A stretch of DNA of 64,000 bases from contig JAYWIR010000022.1 of assembly GCA_036172245.1 (NCBI GenBank), positions 372,001 through 436,000 on the forward strand, read 5' to 3'. Position numbers and translations under genes: made by a program. Source of the DNA: Raillietiella orientalis (lineage: Eukaryota). This document shows, piece by piece, positions 13,326 through 25,089 of the stretch (position 1 is the first letter of the stretch; each line of letters opens with the position of its first letter). The notes under the pieces were generated by a model. That model saw only the letters and a list, made by a program, of their open reading frames with translations, was not told the DNA's origin and made no database searches.

Positions 13326-13676
13326 GGAAAAACGCTGAGTGGACCGCGGCGGAAGCTCAGGAGGTCCTTGACGGCCGGTCTTCGCCGGAAAGGCGGGGTC
13401 TATCGCCTTCCCCTACTCTTAGTCACCTCTGCGAGGTGGCGCTTCCCTCCCCCTTCCTTGGAGCCTTATTCTCCCCTCCCTCCGAAGTCGTGTTCTCTCC
13501 TTCCAGAAAGTCCGCAGCTGACGGCTTTCTTTTGGTCTTCTTTGTTCCCTTTTTTTCAATTTTTCAATTTTTTTTTTTTTTTTTAAAAAAAAAGACTGGA
13601 CAACTCTCTGGGGTGTCCTTGCGCCACTCACAAGGAAGCCCCGAGGACTCCCCTGCGACCACGCCTTACTGCTGTG

Positions 13677-13836
13677 TTTTTATTGGTGAATGATAATTTT
13701 AGATTTTGCCCGGAACCCCCGGGCCTCCCGTAGTTCCCCTCTTTCTGTATTTTTTTTTATACGGAAGCGCGTGCGCTGTCTTTTACGGTAGCGAGGAGAG
13801 GCGTCCGCTGGCAGCACCTCGCGGCCAAGAAATAAA
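13677..13836 (+). promoter_or_regulatory. CPE-like elements and poly(A) hexamer in the CPEB1 3' UTR
   Basis: TTTTTATT at 13677-13684, TTTTTTTTTAT at 13750-13760 and AATAAA at 13831-13836. Confidence 0.55.
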
Positions 13837-13899
13837 ACATGAAAGCTGCAGCCACGCCTGCGTGCTTTTCCGGGAGGGCAGGGTGGCCGGGCACTGTGC

Positions 13900-14350
13900 T
13901 CTTCTCAGAGTAGCATAATACTCGCTGCCGGTTGTCGGCCTCTGCTCCTACAGCGCGGCGCAGGGTGGCCTTGGCTAAGGGTCATCCTCAGGGGAGAGGC
14001 TTTGGACTCCAGCCATCCCACTGGGAAGGTTCCTCTGTGTGGCGGGGATGCGTCCCTGGTTGCGGCCTCAACTTGTCAAGGGCTGGCGGCACTGCGAACG
14101 CGTGGAGTCGCTCGCTGGACGCCCGTTGACCTGCACAACCCAAGAGATCGACCGGCAGGGTACCCTCCAGGCGGGAGGCGTTCGGGTGCCTCGTCAAGCC
14201 GCGCTCCAGCGCGGCGGTCGGAACCAACGGAGCATCCTGCGAGCCAGCATGCGACTTCCTGTCTCCATCCGGGTAGACGTGGGGCTGGCAACGAATTTTA
14301 AATTCCGATTTCCGGTTTTCGAGCGAGGTTGTCCAACCGAACGCGCGCGA
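13900..14350 (-). mobile_element. Short degraded non-LTR RT fragment
   Basis: GSQDAPLVPTAALE resembles the GxRQGxPLSP motif, followed by decayed thumb-proximal sequence. Confidence 0.3.
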
Positions 14351-14379
14351 AGCGCCATCCAGACGCTCGCTAAGCCCGG

Positions 14380-14500
14380 CCAATCACGCTGCACGTCGTG
14401 GCGCACGTCGCTCGTTTCACGTGCACGCGGTGTAGGCCTGCCTCTCATGCCTACGCCAACGGAAGCCGCCATCTTGATGCAACCGAGGTTTCTAGGGTTA
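14380..14500. promoter_or_regulatory. Promoter-like motif cluster with no assigned gene
   Basis: CCAAT 14380-14384, E-box CACGTG 14418-14423, ETS-like CGGAAG overlapping YY1-like GCCGCCATCTT 14460-14475, and TAGGGTTA 14493-14500. Confidence 0.35.
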
Positions 14501-15499
14501 CGCCGTGCGACATGCCCGATCATCGTCCGAACCACCTTAGCAAGCTCATATTCCTCACGCAGTACGATCACAGGATCGTGCATCATATTGTACATGAAAT
14601 GTTGTATTGCCGTTTCTCGAAAGAACGTACCATATAGTCTGCTGTACTATTGTTTGTGAATACTACACACGCTGTACGCCGCATGTTGTGAAGAACGTTA
14701 CAATTGGCACCCATTGCATTGCATGCCATATGTGCGATAGTATACGTTACGTATTGCTTGTTATCACCGGTTGCGCGTGCACTTAAGGGGCGATGCGATG
14801 CCTTACGTGGCGGTAGCACACGACGCTCCAGGCACGCCGCAGGCAGGGCGCCCTTCCCTCATCCGGTGATTGCATCTGCGCCGCCTAATGCGGGGCGCGT
14901 CCTCCTGGAGTGCGGCCGGGCTGGGGGTCGAAGAGGTGCAATCACAGGAAAGGGCCCGTTTCCCTTCGGTGCTTCTCCGGTGATTGCAACTCGCCCCCCC
15001 GCCTTGCAACTGCCCGCAGCCGTGACCCTACCCCGGCGCGGCTCCGGGTTCCAGCGAGCCTCCCTGCTCTCCCCACGTTTGCATTCGCGCGCCCCGCGAG
15101 GTTCCCTCTGTTCGCTTTCCGGCTGCACTCGGCTCCCGGTGGACCAATGTCCCGGGAGCTGCGCTCGGCGCAGCGATGCAGGCCAGACTACATTTCTCCC
15201 TTGCCAACACTACGAGGCCCCACCACCCTGACGTCTAAATCGAAAATGGTGTTCGAGTAGTCGCAGGATGTCTAAGGGGACACTCCTCTTTTCGAAAGTG
15301 CGCCCTGGGCAGCGAAGCAGATTCGGGAGTACCTCGACTGCCGGAGGTCAAGGAAGTGATGCCGGATGCCGGTGGCAGTCGCTTTACCAGGATCGGAAGC
15401 TCCCCCCGGGTTGGCGACTCGCGTCTTCACGGCGCGCGAACCACAGGATATCGCCATCTTGGTTCCGGGAGCAGCCGACCTCAGGCGCGCGGGTGGCGT

Positions 15500-18400
15500 T
15501 TCCCGATGTCAGAGTGCCATCAAACTGCGGGCCTTCGTTTTCGCGGACGCAGACAGAACGCGCACGCGCAGTGGCAGGTTGACCGGCCCAGCAGCAGCGC
15601 GTATCGACGCTCATTCGCCTGCTATGGGCCTGAACCTCCAGCCAGCACCGTCGCGCGCCTCCTTGCTTTGGCCACTCCGTTGTCTGGCGACCCTTTGTGC
15701 AGCTGGCAGCACTGCTCGGCTCTCCCTGGTGCCAATAGCCGGCATCGAGGACCCGGAAATGCCTCTGGCCTCCATCGGTCGTTTCCCTACGATCGCTGCC
15801 GCGGTGAGTGAGGCAGGGAGCGCGGCGTGTGGCGCCCTCGCGGTAGCGCGCCAGACCGAACGAAAAGCGGATGTGCGTGCGGCATCGCCAAACGTGAGTT
15901 CCGGTAGGGAAGGAAAGCAGGGGAAGTGACCCCTTGCTCTCACACGCCGTAGCCGTAAGTAAACGAACGGATAGCCTCGGGCTACTTTTGTGGCGACGGC
16001 CGTCGATCGACCGACCACGGATCTCGTGCGGCTGCTCCTGCTGTCACTGCTTGTTGCGTACCCGTTTTGCTTGGGATGGTGTGCTTTTTGCGAAGAATTG
16101 CCAAAGTACAAGCTCTGCGATGAGGTTACATCTCGCTCAGGAGAAAAAAAGCCGTGGTGCCAAGCGTCGCGGGTTCGAATCCCTTCCAGGGAAGCATGGA
16201 CGCAGAGAAATGGCGGGGGTGCGTTGTCGTGGGTTTTGATTTCCCCCCCCCACACACACACACACCGTAGGATGACTCTGGTTGGCCGATTCCGGTGCAG
16301 CACTGGGGCCCGGGAACCCCTGACAATCCCCTGTTGACTGGCCGGGATTAGAAGTCTTTCCTCCGGGGTCCTTTCAGGATTCGAGAGGCCGGTTCCTTTC
16401 GGGATTCAACTCCAGCGTTGGACCCTTTCCAGGTTCAACTCCCTCTCGGGTTGGGAGAAGGAAGCCGTCCGTCGCGTTCCATGGAGCTGCCCCTTGATAC
16501 CCCCCTCAGGGCATGTCCCTCCAGAGTGCAAGAAGGGCGTGAACCGCGAGTGTCGATACGAGTCACGGATCGCCAACGACCGACTGGCGCGTTGATGACT
16601 CATCCGGGTACTTTGGTGTGGCAGAGAGCTCCAGAGCACTGGACGGTCTTCCTCCTCTTCCCAGAATCTCCCTCCTGCCTCCAGGGCCGCTGCAGTGCCA
16701 TTGAAGTGGATTTTCGCGAGGCGCAGTGCCGAAAGTCCCCTCGGGCAAACGGCGAGGGACCTTTGCCTTGCGGCACAACCCCCTGCGATCCCTCAGAGGA
16801 AAGGCCACAGCGATACAGCTGATACGGAGCGCCTCTCCTTCTCTCGAGGTGAGGTGCTCTCTCTGGAGACTCTTTCCGTCGCAAGGTGCTCCCTCCTAGC
16901 TCCGAGCAGCGCAAATGTGGGCAAAGGAAAGCAGCCGTTCCTCACATCAGCAGGACGAACAGGGTCGGAGGATCGGATCCCTGGAGGCGACGTCAGCAGC
17001 AGCCCCGGAAGGAGGGTACTTTCCGCCCGAGGGACGAGCAAAGGAATGGCCCCGCGGCCGGAAAGAAGGGAGCCTGCGCTCCAGCAGGAACCTCCAGGAG
17101 GAACTCTCGGAGTCTGCGCGGGAGAACAAAGTCTCAGCAGCTCCAGAAAGCTTCGCCGACCTCTCCGGCTGCTCCCCGGGAACTCACTCCTCTGAGTAGG
17201 GGCCGTTGGAGGGTGCTGCCTTTGGAGTCCTTCTTCCTGCCCAGTCTGAAGGTCACCTTGAAGCGTGCACGCGACCATCGGCAGGTGACTTTGTGGCAAG
17301 GAATGTCCGGAACGTCCTGGCACTTCGCTCGCCCACGGACGCTTCCGGTACTTCTGGAAGCGCGGGACTCAGCTGGGCACAGGCGCGGAGCTCCGACGAG
17401 TTTCCCTGTTCCCCGCGTTGGAGGCGCTGACGTATCAGCTCCGACCGCCGCGCGCCCTTCCGTGTTGCGCGCGCCAAACGCCGCCAAGGTGAGCAGCTCC
17501 CATGCTCCCACCAGGGCGTCCGCGCCGTTTGGGAAGCGGCACGCCTGGGCGACTCCGCAACAGCAGGCGGCGCTCACGTCGCCGGATCCTGCCGCACGCG
17601 ACTTGGCCTTCCAGGCATCGCAGTCGGCACCCCGGAAGTGCCTGTGGGAGTCACGGTCTCGAGAGGACCTGGGGCAATCCAGGTCGGGTGTAAGCGAGAG
17701 AACCGGCACGCGGGAACGCCCTCTGGCGGCAGGAAGACGTGCGGACGAGAAGATCCCATGCGCCCTTTAAGGGACGAAGGCGGGGACCGTGCTTGGGACC
17801 TGCGCCCCACCGACGGACACACGAAGGATGGAGGTCATCCGCCCACGAGCGATGCAGCATAGGCGGGCGCGGGAATGGCAGCCACCCGCGCGGATGGTGA
17901 TAGTGATGCCCGGAGGGATGCATCTCCTGCTCACGGAAAGTACCGTATGTCCATGGTTCGTGCTGGTCTCCTACCTGGCCTGCAGGTGCATCGCTCACCA
18001 GGAATGGGGCTGGGCAGGTATGGGGGAGGAGCGGTGGTGGAATGGGCGGTGAGGGCGGCGGAAGGAATGCCTGCGTCCCGCGGTCGACCACTAAGGTCCT
18101 CGGGGTTCAGGAAGGACGGATGCCCTCTCCCCTCCTTCCTGCGCGCGCCCGCAGCAGCGCCAAGGCAGAGATCCCCGAGGTGCGGCCCTCGCGCATCTGG
18201 ATGCTGGGGGAGGCGCAGTCCAGGCGGGACCTCCCTGCCTTCGCCTCCCTGCCTCGGGAGGGCTCCTTGTTTACCCGACGGGGCTGGCGACCATTCGGTC
18301 AGCAGCTACTGCAGGTCTTCCTGGATTCCCCTTCCTCATAGCAAGATCTGATCACGGAGGGCGTTGAGCGCACTGCTGGTGGTAGGGAGGCTGTGGGCGC

Positions 18401-18900
18401 GACCAACGGATGCTCCGGACACCGTCAGTAGAGTGGAGCGATCCCGACCGGAGACCAAAAGTCAGGTGTCCGGCCGGTCACGGGGTGGTGTGAACGTTTC
18501 GTTGAGGAGCTCATGAGGTTGGGTGACTACGCTTTCGACGAAGAGACTCGCCTCCGTCCCGCTAGCGGTTCAGCGCGAGTTGGTGTGGACATCCCCTGCG
18601 CCGAAGCGCTCGGATTCAGGGAGAGGACCGCCTCTGCTTCCTGCGGCTTTTTTCCTCCTGGTCACGCCGAAAAGGAGAGGACATTTTAAAGAGAACCCAC
18701 GAGTCGGGAACGCGGTTCCCGAGAAAGAACGAAGAAATTTATCGGGAATGACCAGGCCGACTTTCACGGAAGTCCGGAACGGAAGGGAAAGGTCGTCAAA
18801 AGAATAGAAAAAAAAAAAAAAGAGTAGGGGAAGGAGGAAGGTAGGGATCGCAGTCTGGCTTAAATCACGCTTTGCTTCCTAGAAACGTGACTTCTTGACA
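15500..18900 (-). mobile_element. Old L1/Tx1 element: ORF1, APE endonuclease and start of RT (pseudogenised)
   Basis: Decayed motifs occur in the correct order on the minus strand: YEEGESRKTCSSC (ORF1 knuckle), REQEMH (LQETH-like), FRGADCDA (GGDFN-like), FKVTFRLG...RPLL (end of the endonuclease) and IPKGTGL (RT). Confidence 0.5.
16131..16192 (+). pseudogene. tRNA-derived fragment or SINE head
   Basis: Perfect B box GGTTCGAATCC at 16172-16182 within GTCGCGGGTTCGAATCCC, and a weak A-box-like TCGCTCAG about 40 nt upstream. No complete cloverleaf. Confidence 0.35.
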
Positions 18901-18915
18901 GCTTTTTCATCCAGG

Positions 18916-20500
18916 TTTTTCACTCGGATTTTCCGAGGCACGTATTAAAATAACAATGAAAGTCATACCATTAACAAAAGAGTGGTTCTACCACGTGAGT
19001 AAAACTTTTCATGACCGGTACGTAGACCGGTGAGGTCCGTTTTCGCAGAGACGCGAAAGGAAGAACCGGAAAAAAATAAACATAAAACACGAGACGTCCT
19101 CTGCATCTTGTCCAGGATACTGACAAGTGGTGTTCTCATGTTGCACAGGTGGAGCCATCTGGAGGCAGTCTTCAAGCAGAACCGTTTCCAGTGGACGGCG
19201 TCCCTTCCTTGGTAGCCTCTTCTTTCCGCGTTCCAGGCTGCTGCCACGATTCCGCGGACACAGAAGAGAATCACTAGGGACGCGGATGACGGCAGAGCAG
19301 CACGCACGAAGAGGCGTCGAAAGATGTCCCTGGGGCCGCCTACCAAGATTTCAAGGATCGTCGAGAGACGCTCCCAAAGGGGTAGGAGGGAGGCGCAGTT
19401 CAGTAGAAGGTGCGGGAAGGTCTCCTTCTTCCTGCATCTGTCGCAATTGGCATCCACACTCTCCTGTGTCCAATGGCGCGGGCGCGCTTTGCCTCTGCTT
19501 GTCATCCTTGCGCAGGGACCATGCTAATCTTCTCTGTATCGTTCTAATTTTAGTGTATGCACAACCAAAGCGTGTGTCAGGCTGGAGGTGAGGCGAGTGA
19601 GTTCTTTTCCTCCAGCCACGAGCCTTCTTCGAGCAGGATCTCACGACGTTTCTTCGGCTGAGCTGCAGCGGAAGGCGAACCCACGACTGTCGCGAGCGAC
19701 CTCACGGGAATCACGCGGAAGATGGCGCCGATGGACTCGTTCGTCGGCGTCATCTTTTCTTCCTTGCACGCCTCAGGTGATGGGAATGCTCCCCCGCACG
19801 CCCTCGATTCTGCCGCTTCTCCTTGCTCGTAGAGAGCTCGTCTCTGCCCTTGACCTCAGAGGGTCTCACTGCAGAGGTCGTGGACACGGCTCTCGACTGA
19901 AGGTGTCCAAGGCTGCCTGCCCATTCCTTTTGGACGTGAGAAGCAGAGTTCTTATTGCTCCACAGGTTTCCAGCTAGTTTTGGGCATCGGATCCTTCTCT
20001 CATCTTTCTGGAAATCTTGGACCCATTCCTTAGCTCCCACGTCACGTTCCGGAGAGGGTCGAGGGAACCCAAAACGGCCAGCCGTGCTGGGACCCCAAGC
20101 ACTCTTGCTGTTGCCGTTGGTCGCTTTGCTCCCCCGGGACGTCCTCTCTCGGCTCATACGCAGAATCGGATAAGAAGGTGCCAGCTCACTTTGATACAGG
20201 TGGGAAACTGACGGTGGGAACATGCAGGAAGAAGCCATCATCCATTTTGCTTTTTTCTGAAGAAGGCGAGAGGGTCCCCGGGATCTCAGGATGCTGAGTT
20301 TCCGAAAGCCGCGCTTGGGATGGAGGACCATCTGGAGCGAGTGGAGCACCGATTGCGCATATCGGAAGCGAGCAGTCTCTCTGATGAGCATGGAAGGCAG
20401 GAAAGGGCGTGGCGACTACCGGGACCCGCAACGAAGTGCGCGAGAGGAGTCGCCGGCGATGGCCGACAGAGAGCCGATTCTCCTGGTCTTTCCTAGTTGA
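18916..20500 (-). mobile_element. Tx1-clade LINE: 3' part of ORF2 and 3' UTR
   Basis: CDRCRKKETFPHLLLNC is a zf-RVT-type CCHC motif. The VRGIVAAAW...RWLHL tail and 3' UTR motifs are shared with other copies in the window. Confidence 0.75.
19494..19571 (-). pseudogene. U6: U6 snRNA-derived fragment (both ends missing)
   Basis: CATACACTAAAATTAGAACGATACAGAGAAGATTAGCATGGTCCCTGCGCAAGGATGACAAGCAGA (19559-19494) differs at 5 of 66 positions from the metazoan U6 core as recalled. The ACAGAGA box and AGC triad are intact; there is no 3' stem or T-run. Confidence 0.9.
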
Positions 20501-20899
20501 AGAATTGCCTACAGAAAGGTGGCGCCATTGAAAGCTCCCCTATTGATCGAGAGGTGGAGTTTTCACGCGCTACCTTACTGGAGGGCTTCCATCTCGAAAC
20601 TTTACCTATGACGGAACACTTCACAAATCCCGAAATTCTAACGGGATACCTTGGCCGTTTTATAGGTTAGGTAGCTATTCACAATAAATAAATTAAGCAA
20701 TGAATAAAATAAGAGTGGAGAAAGCAAAACAGATATTTTAATTATGTAAAACAAAAACACATGAAAATAGTAAAATTAACTTAACAACCTTTAAAACATA
20801 TTAATTTTTATAATTTTTCACGGAACACTTTCTGTGAAGAATTATGAAAATTATGCAAACATAGCTCGGGAAACGCTATCTTGGGGTATTAAATTCTCA

Positions 20900-22800
20900 C
20901 GGTTGGGTTGCCACACCTTTCCTACAGGGACTAGTGGCAAGTCTGGAACATCTGGTTATTCCCCTTCCGCGGAGTACATGTGGGTGTGGCTTTGGTTAAC
21001 GAACCTCGAGGACTGCGACCCTCTTCGTGTAGCCCAGTCTCATCACCATCTCAAAATTCTGCGAAAAGAGCTCGAAAGCTCGACAAGGTGAGATAGCAGC
21101 TCTGGCTCTTGCTTTGTCTGGCGGATAATCTTCCTCGGAGTGAAGCTGTCTTCCTTGCATTGACCGTGCGATGCTCTCCTCTCTGAAGTCCGCATCCAGT
21201 GTCTGCTCCCCAGAAAGTCTTTGAAGACTCGTCTTCTGCCATCATTCTTACAGAGTGTCATCAGACGTCACTAGGTGGATGGCGCTACCTCTCGTCCACA
21301 GAACGTAAGATGAGCTGAATGAGCAGCAAATCCCCTTTAGAGATGACAACGATTCACAGCTTCCAGCCACGGTCTCAGCCCGATCGTCTGCTTAGTAAAA
21401 CCTCTCCGACAGCATGGGCCTCAAGCGACCTTCTCATTTGCAAGAGTCTTTAAGTCTTTCGGGAGAGTGGGCTTCCCGTCCCCTGAATGGCTCTCATCAT
21501 GTGTTTCTTACCGGAGACGTTGCTGTCCGCCGATCTCTTTATCTTCTCTCGTGATCCGGAGCACAGAAACGTGTGGGATACTCCGGATAGGAACCCTGAT
21601 GCGATTGGGCACGTGGGATTGTGAGATTTGCATCTTAAGGCCTCCTTCCAGACCTTTTCCCGATGGTCATGTTGAGCTGGTCCCGAGTGACCCTTATGTG
21701 CCATTGTGAGCACTGAGCCCCCCCCCCCCCCTCTTCCAAATTTCTAATCTCGGAAGCGTTGTGTCCCATTGCCAAGGATTGCTACCTTTTGACGTCCTGA
21801 ACTTCGCCTTCACAAGGAGTGACCTGTGGTCATCTTTAGTGAGGCCAAGCATCCCTCTTGATGTGCGTCTCAGATTCCTGATCTTGAAGGTCAGGATCTT
21901 GCATGCCTCCCAGTAGGCACGACAGGGGAAAAAGGAAAAAAAATCGTGCCGTGCCTACTGGGATAAGTGCCATCCCTTCTTACGTGCTTCTTGGCCTCAC
22001 AATTGTTCACCTGCTGTCTACTAGGCTGCAGATTGCTCAAATGGGAATATTATTTCGATGGTCCACTGAGATGGAGTGTGGCAAATGTAGACAACTGTGA
22101 AGCCTCGTCTGCTTTAGCTCATCCTGTTCGTCCTGTATCACTTTTGTACTGTCCCCTCGATTATCTCTGCTCTGAGCTCAGGCACCAGATCAAAGAACCA
22201 CAGCGCAATTTCCTTCCCGTGTCACGCCCGACGACAGTGACTTTTCCGTACAGCGACCTTCCTCCTTATCTTGAAGCTATCCGAAAGCGTGGGATTCGCG
22301 AACTGCGCCTGAAGAAGCTCAAGGTGCAAAATTCGCCCACGGGTTTCTCCAGCTCACGAGCTCTCTCTGTCTTCCTGCAAAAGTAGCGTTTTCTGAATCC
22401 CTGTGGAGAGGGCAGCATCAGCTTATCTTCGAATGCGACTTCCACCCGCGTAGCCAGTGTCTCCCGGACGCGTATCCTGGGTGCACTGTACAATGCCGTG
22501 GAGTCCAAGAAAAAGTTTCGATCACATACATGGAAAATCGATAAAGGCTTGCCTCCATCTCTCTCCATGAGATGAGATGGCACAAGTGTGGGCCAAGTGT
22601 GTGATGTGGTGGTTCTACGACGCAAAAGCAACAGTCTCCGACATTCTTTGGCGTTATGTTCCTCCAGTTGACACGACCACGATTTATCTTCCTGAGTCCA
22701 ATGGATGAAATGTACCTCCGTGCCCAGCTGCATGAATAAGCAACAGCGCAGGAGGCCTGGGTTCTGCCACGACCGGCGAGGTCACATGTAAGTTCGTTCA
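20900..22800 (-). mobile_element. Degraded NeSL/Utopia-type non-LTR retrotransposon (RT to zinc knuckle)
   Basis: TLATRVEVAFEDKLMLPSPQGFRKRYFC resembles LAxRL...QKGF...GC. Later ILTFK, AKFRTSKG and ELLSHLV correspond to RT and ETLxHV motifs. Confidence 0.45.
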
Positions 22801-22949
22801 CAAGACAGAGTTAGCGCTTGTACTGGCGACAAGGCGTCGTGGAGACATGACCTTAATGACCTTTCGTGCTCACGTGCAATATCATAGCCGAGGAGGGAGA
22901 CTGAGGCGTAAATATTGCTAGTTGAAAAGTTTACCGAATGTCCCGTCTG

Positions 22950-24130
22950 GGCAGCGTGAAATACCGCTGCCGCGGCCATTTTGTGTGCCCCGAGAGGAGG
23001 GCAAGCGACGTTCAAAAGTGAGTGAGCGACCAGCGCAGTACAAAGTGGAAGCACCGAGCCCTCCCGGATCGGCCCACCATCGAGATCCTCAGAAGAAGAG
23101 GAAGGAGAAAGCGACAAAGGTGGACGTGGAAGTGGGACCATCCACGCAACAAGAACGGCGGCAGCAGCAGCAGCAGCAGCGAAAGCACCCGTGGCTCCAT
23201 CGTACGCAAGCGTGGCCGCTTCCGCCCGATCCGCAAAGCCCGTGTCTTTCACGGGGAGCGACGTTATCGTCAGGAGGGTGATCAAGGAGGATTCAGGCCC
23301 CTTCAGGAATTCCGGCCCTGAGGTTCATGGGCCGATTGACAAACAACGCGGTGCGAGACATTCACCTCGCGATTCACTGCAAGCACATCAATTTCAAGTT
23401 CATCAAAACAACCGTCCCATTCGTCGAAGGATTCTCCCTGTACGCGGACAACCAGGATGTCATCGACGATCTCGTCAAGAATGGAGTTTCCATCAGCGAG
23501 AGGACTCCGAGGAAATTCGGAGCATGCGGCCACGACGGTCTACCTGTCAGACCTGCATCCGATGACGGACGTGCAAGCCGTGTTCGCCCGCTTCCGGCAG
23601 TACGGCGAGGTCGTGCAACTAGAAGAGAAGGGCTACCACGGAGATACCTTCGGGAGGGAAGCCTTCCTAAAACTCCGGATGTCGAAAGGCGCGAAAATCG
23701 CATCTCCTCGTCCGCATCGATAACCATTCGACCAGCAGCAGCGTGGTCTACCGGGAGCAGCCGGACTTCTGCCGCACCTTCACGGCCTTCAGACACAGAG
23801 CGGCGGCCTGACCCCACTGCAGGCGCAGGCCACGCGGCAAACCAAGGCACGGGGTGGCTGACCCCGGTGAGTCCCGGGCGGTGCTACTTCTACTGCAAAG
23901 CCGGTGGGGCCCACGAGAGGAAGGACTGCCGCAGACACCAAGAGTGGCTAGCTTTCCAAGAGGAGGGAGCGAGGGAAGAGGGAATACCCTGCTGAGGCAC
24001 CAGAGGAGGTGCAAAGGCCACTCCTCGGCACCCAGGTCCTCCTCGAAAGGCGCCAAATCGGTAGCCGCATCCTGGTGGATCTTCGATCCAACGCCGCCCC
24101 AGCCACTGCAACCTCCGAGAAGGAGGTAAA
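22950..24130 (+). mobile_element. L1/Tx1 ORF1 (RRM-like plus zinc knuckles), frameshifted
   Basis: TTVYLSDLHPMTDVQAVFARFRQYGEV..., YREQPDFC and CYFYCKAGGAHERKDC are spread over several frames. Confidence 0.7.
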
Positions 24131-24239
24131 ACCCTTTGTTGCCATTTAAATTACAGGGTTTCCTCCTACGGGGGGAGCTCATGTACCAATGAATAGAAGA
24201 AGGCGAAGCCGACTTCGGAGATGCAGTGTGCCTAATTTG

Positions 24240-25050
24240 TTGTTGGATGAACTCTTTATTGTTTTGATGCGTGCAATTACATAGCTTGTTGCAGGGGGCT
24301 CTGGACTATCTTTCGCGGATATTGTTTTCGTTCCTTGGGGGTACCTCGCCCCATCTTTATGGCGCTTTCTTTCTTCCGGTGGGAGAAGATGTCTGGATTC
24401 CCTGGCTGGCTATTGGTTTTCCTTTTGGCGTGGGCTGCATCTTTATCACTTGATACCGGATATATGTAGCCACCATCCGGTGCCCTATTTCCATCAACTT
24501 CTTCCTTGGTATTCCTAGATACTGTAATACTTCTTCGTTACCAGGATCCCATGCTCCCAGAGAGCCGATGATGAACACGTGTACTTTGTTTTGCTTTCCA
24601 CCTTTTCCAGTTGCATTGCTACGTTCTTGTATTTTCCTTCCGTGCTCTTCCTGGCTGTGCTGAACGCCTCCCTTCCATTTTCGTATGGGCAGCAGACGTC
24701 TGGCACGAATACCCGGTTTCCTTTTTTCAGGACCAGATCTGGTTTTAGGGTGGAAGTTGTTCCTGGAACTCTCTGGTTTCTTGATGCAGGCAAGACTCTG
24801 CTTTGTTTCATCTACTGAGGCCTTCCTGATTACTTCTTGAATCGTCTCGTGGCGTGCCATGGTCAGTGAAACGTGTTTCTTGCATCCATTTGACACGTGA
24901 GACAGCGTTTCGTCCTCTGTCCCACGACCCCGATATATGCGTTCTTCTGGTTATTTTGTTGGCTCAGAGTTGATTGCTGTATGGAGCACGGGGAAGGATC
25001 CTGCTTGTTGTAGCTGTTGGTGACTATGAATCATTGGGCATACCATGGAT
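24240..25050 (-). mobile_element. NeSL/Utopia-type retrotransposon 3' end (restriction-like endonuclease)
   Basis: ETLSHV..C, RHETIQ, LKPDLV...DVCCPYEN...ARK...KY (PD-D/ExK fold) and FIIGSLGAWDPGNEEVLQYLGI. AATAAA at 24260-24255. Confidence 0.85.
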
Positions 25051-25089
25051 ATAGCCCTGGAGGACATCCCTCCAGGGGCTTGATGACTA

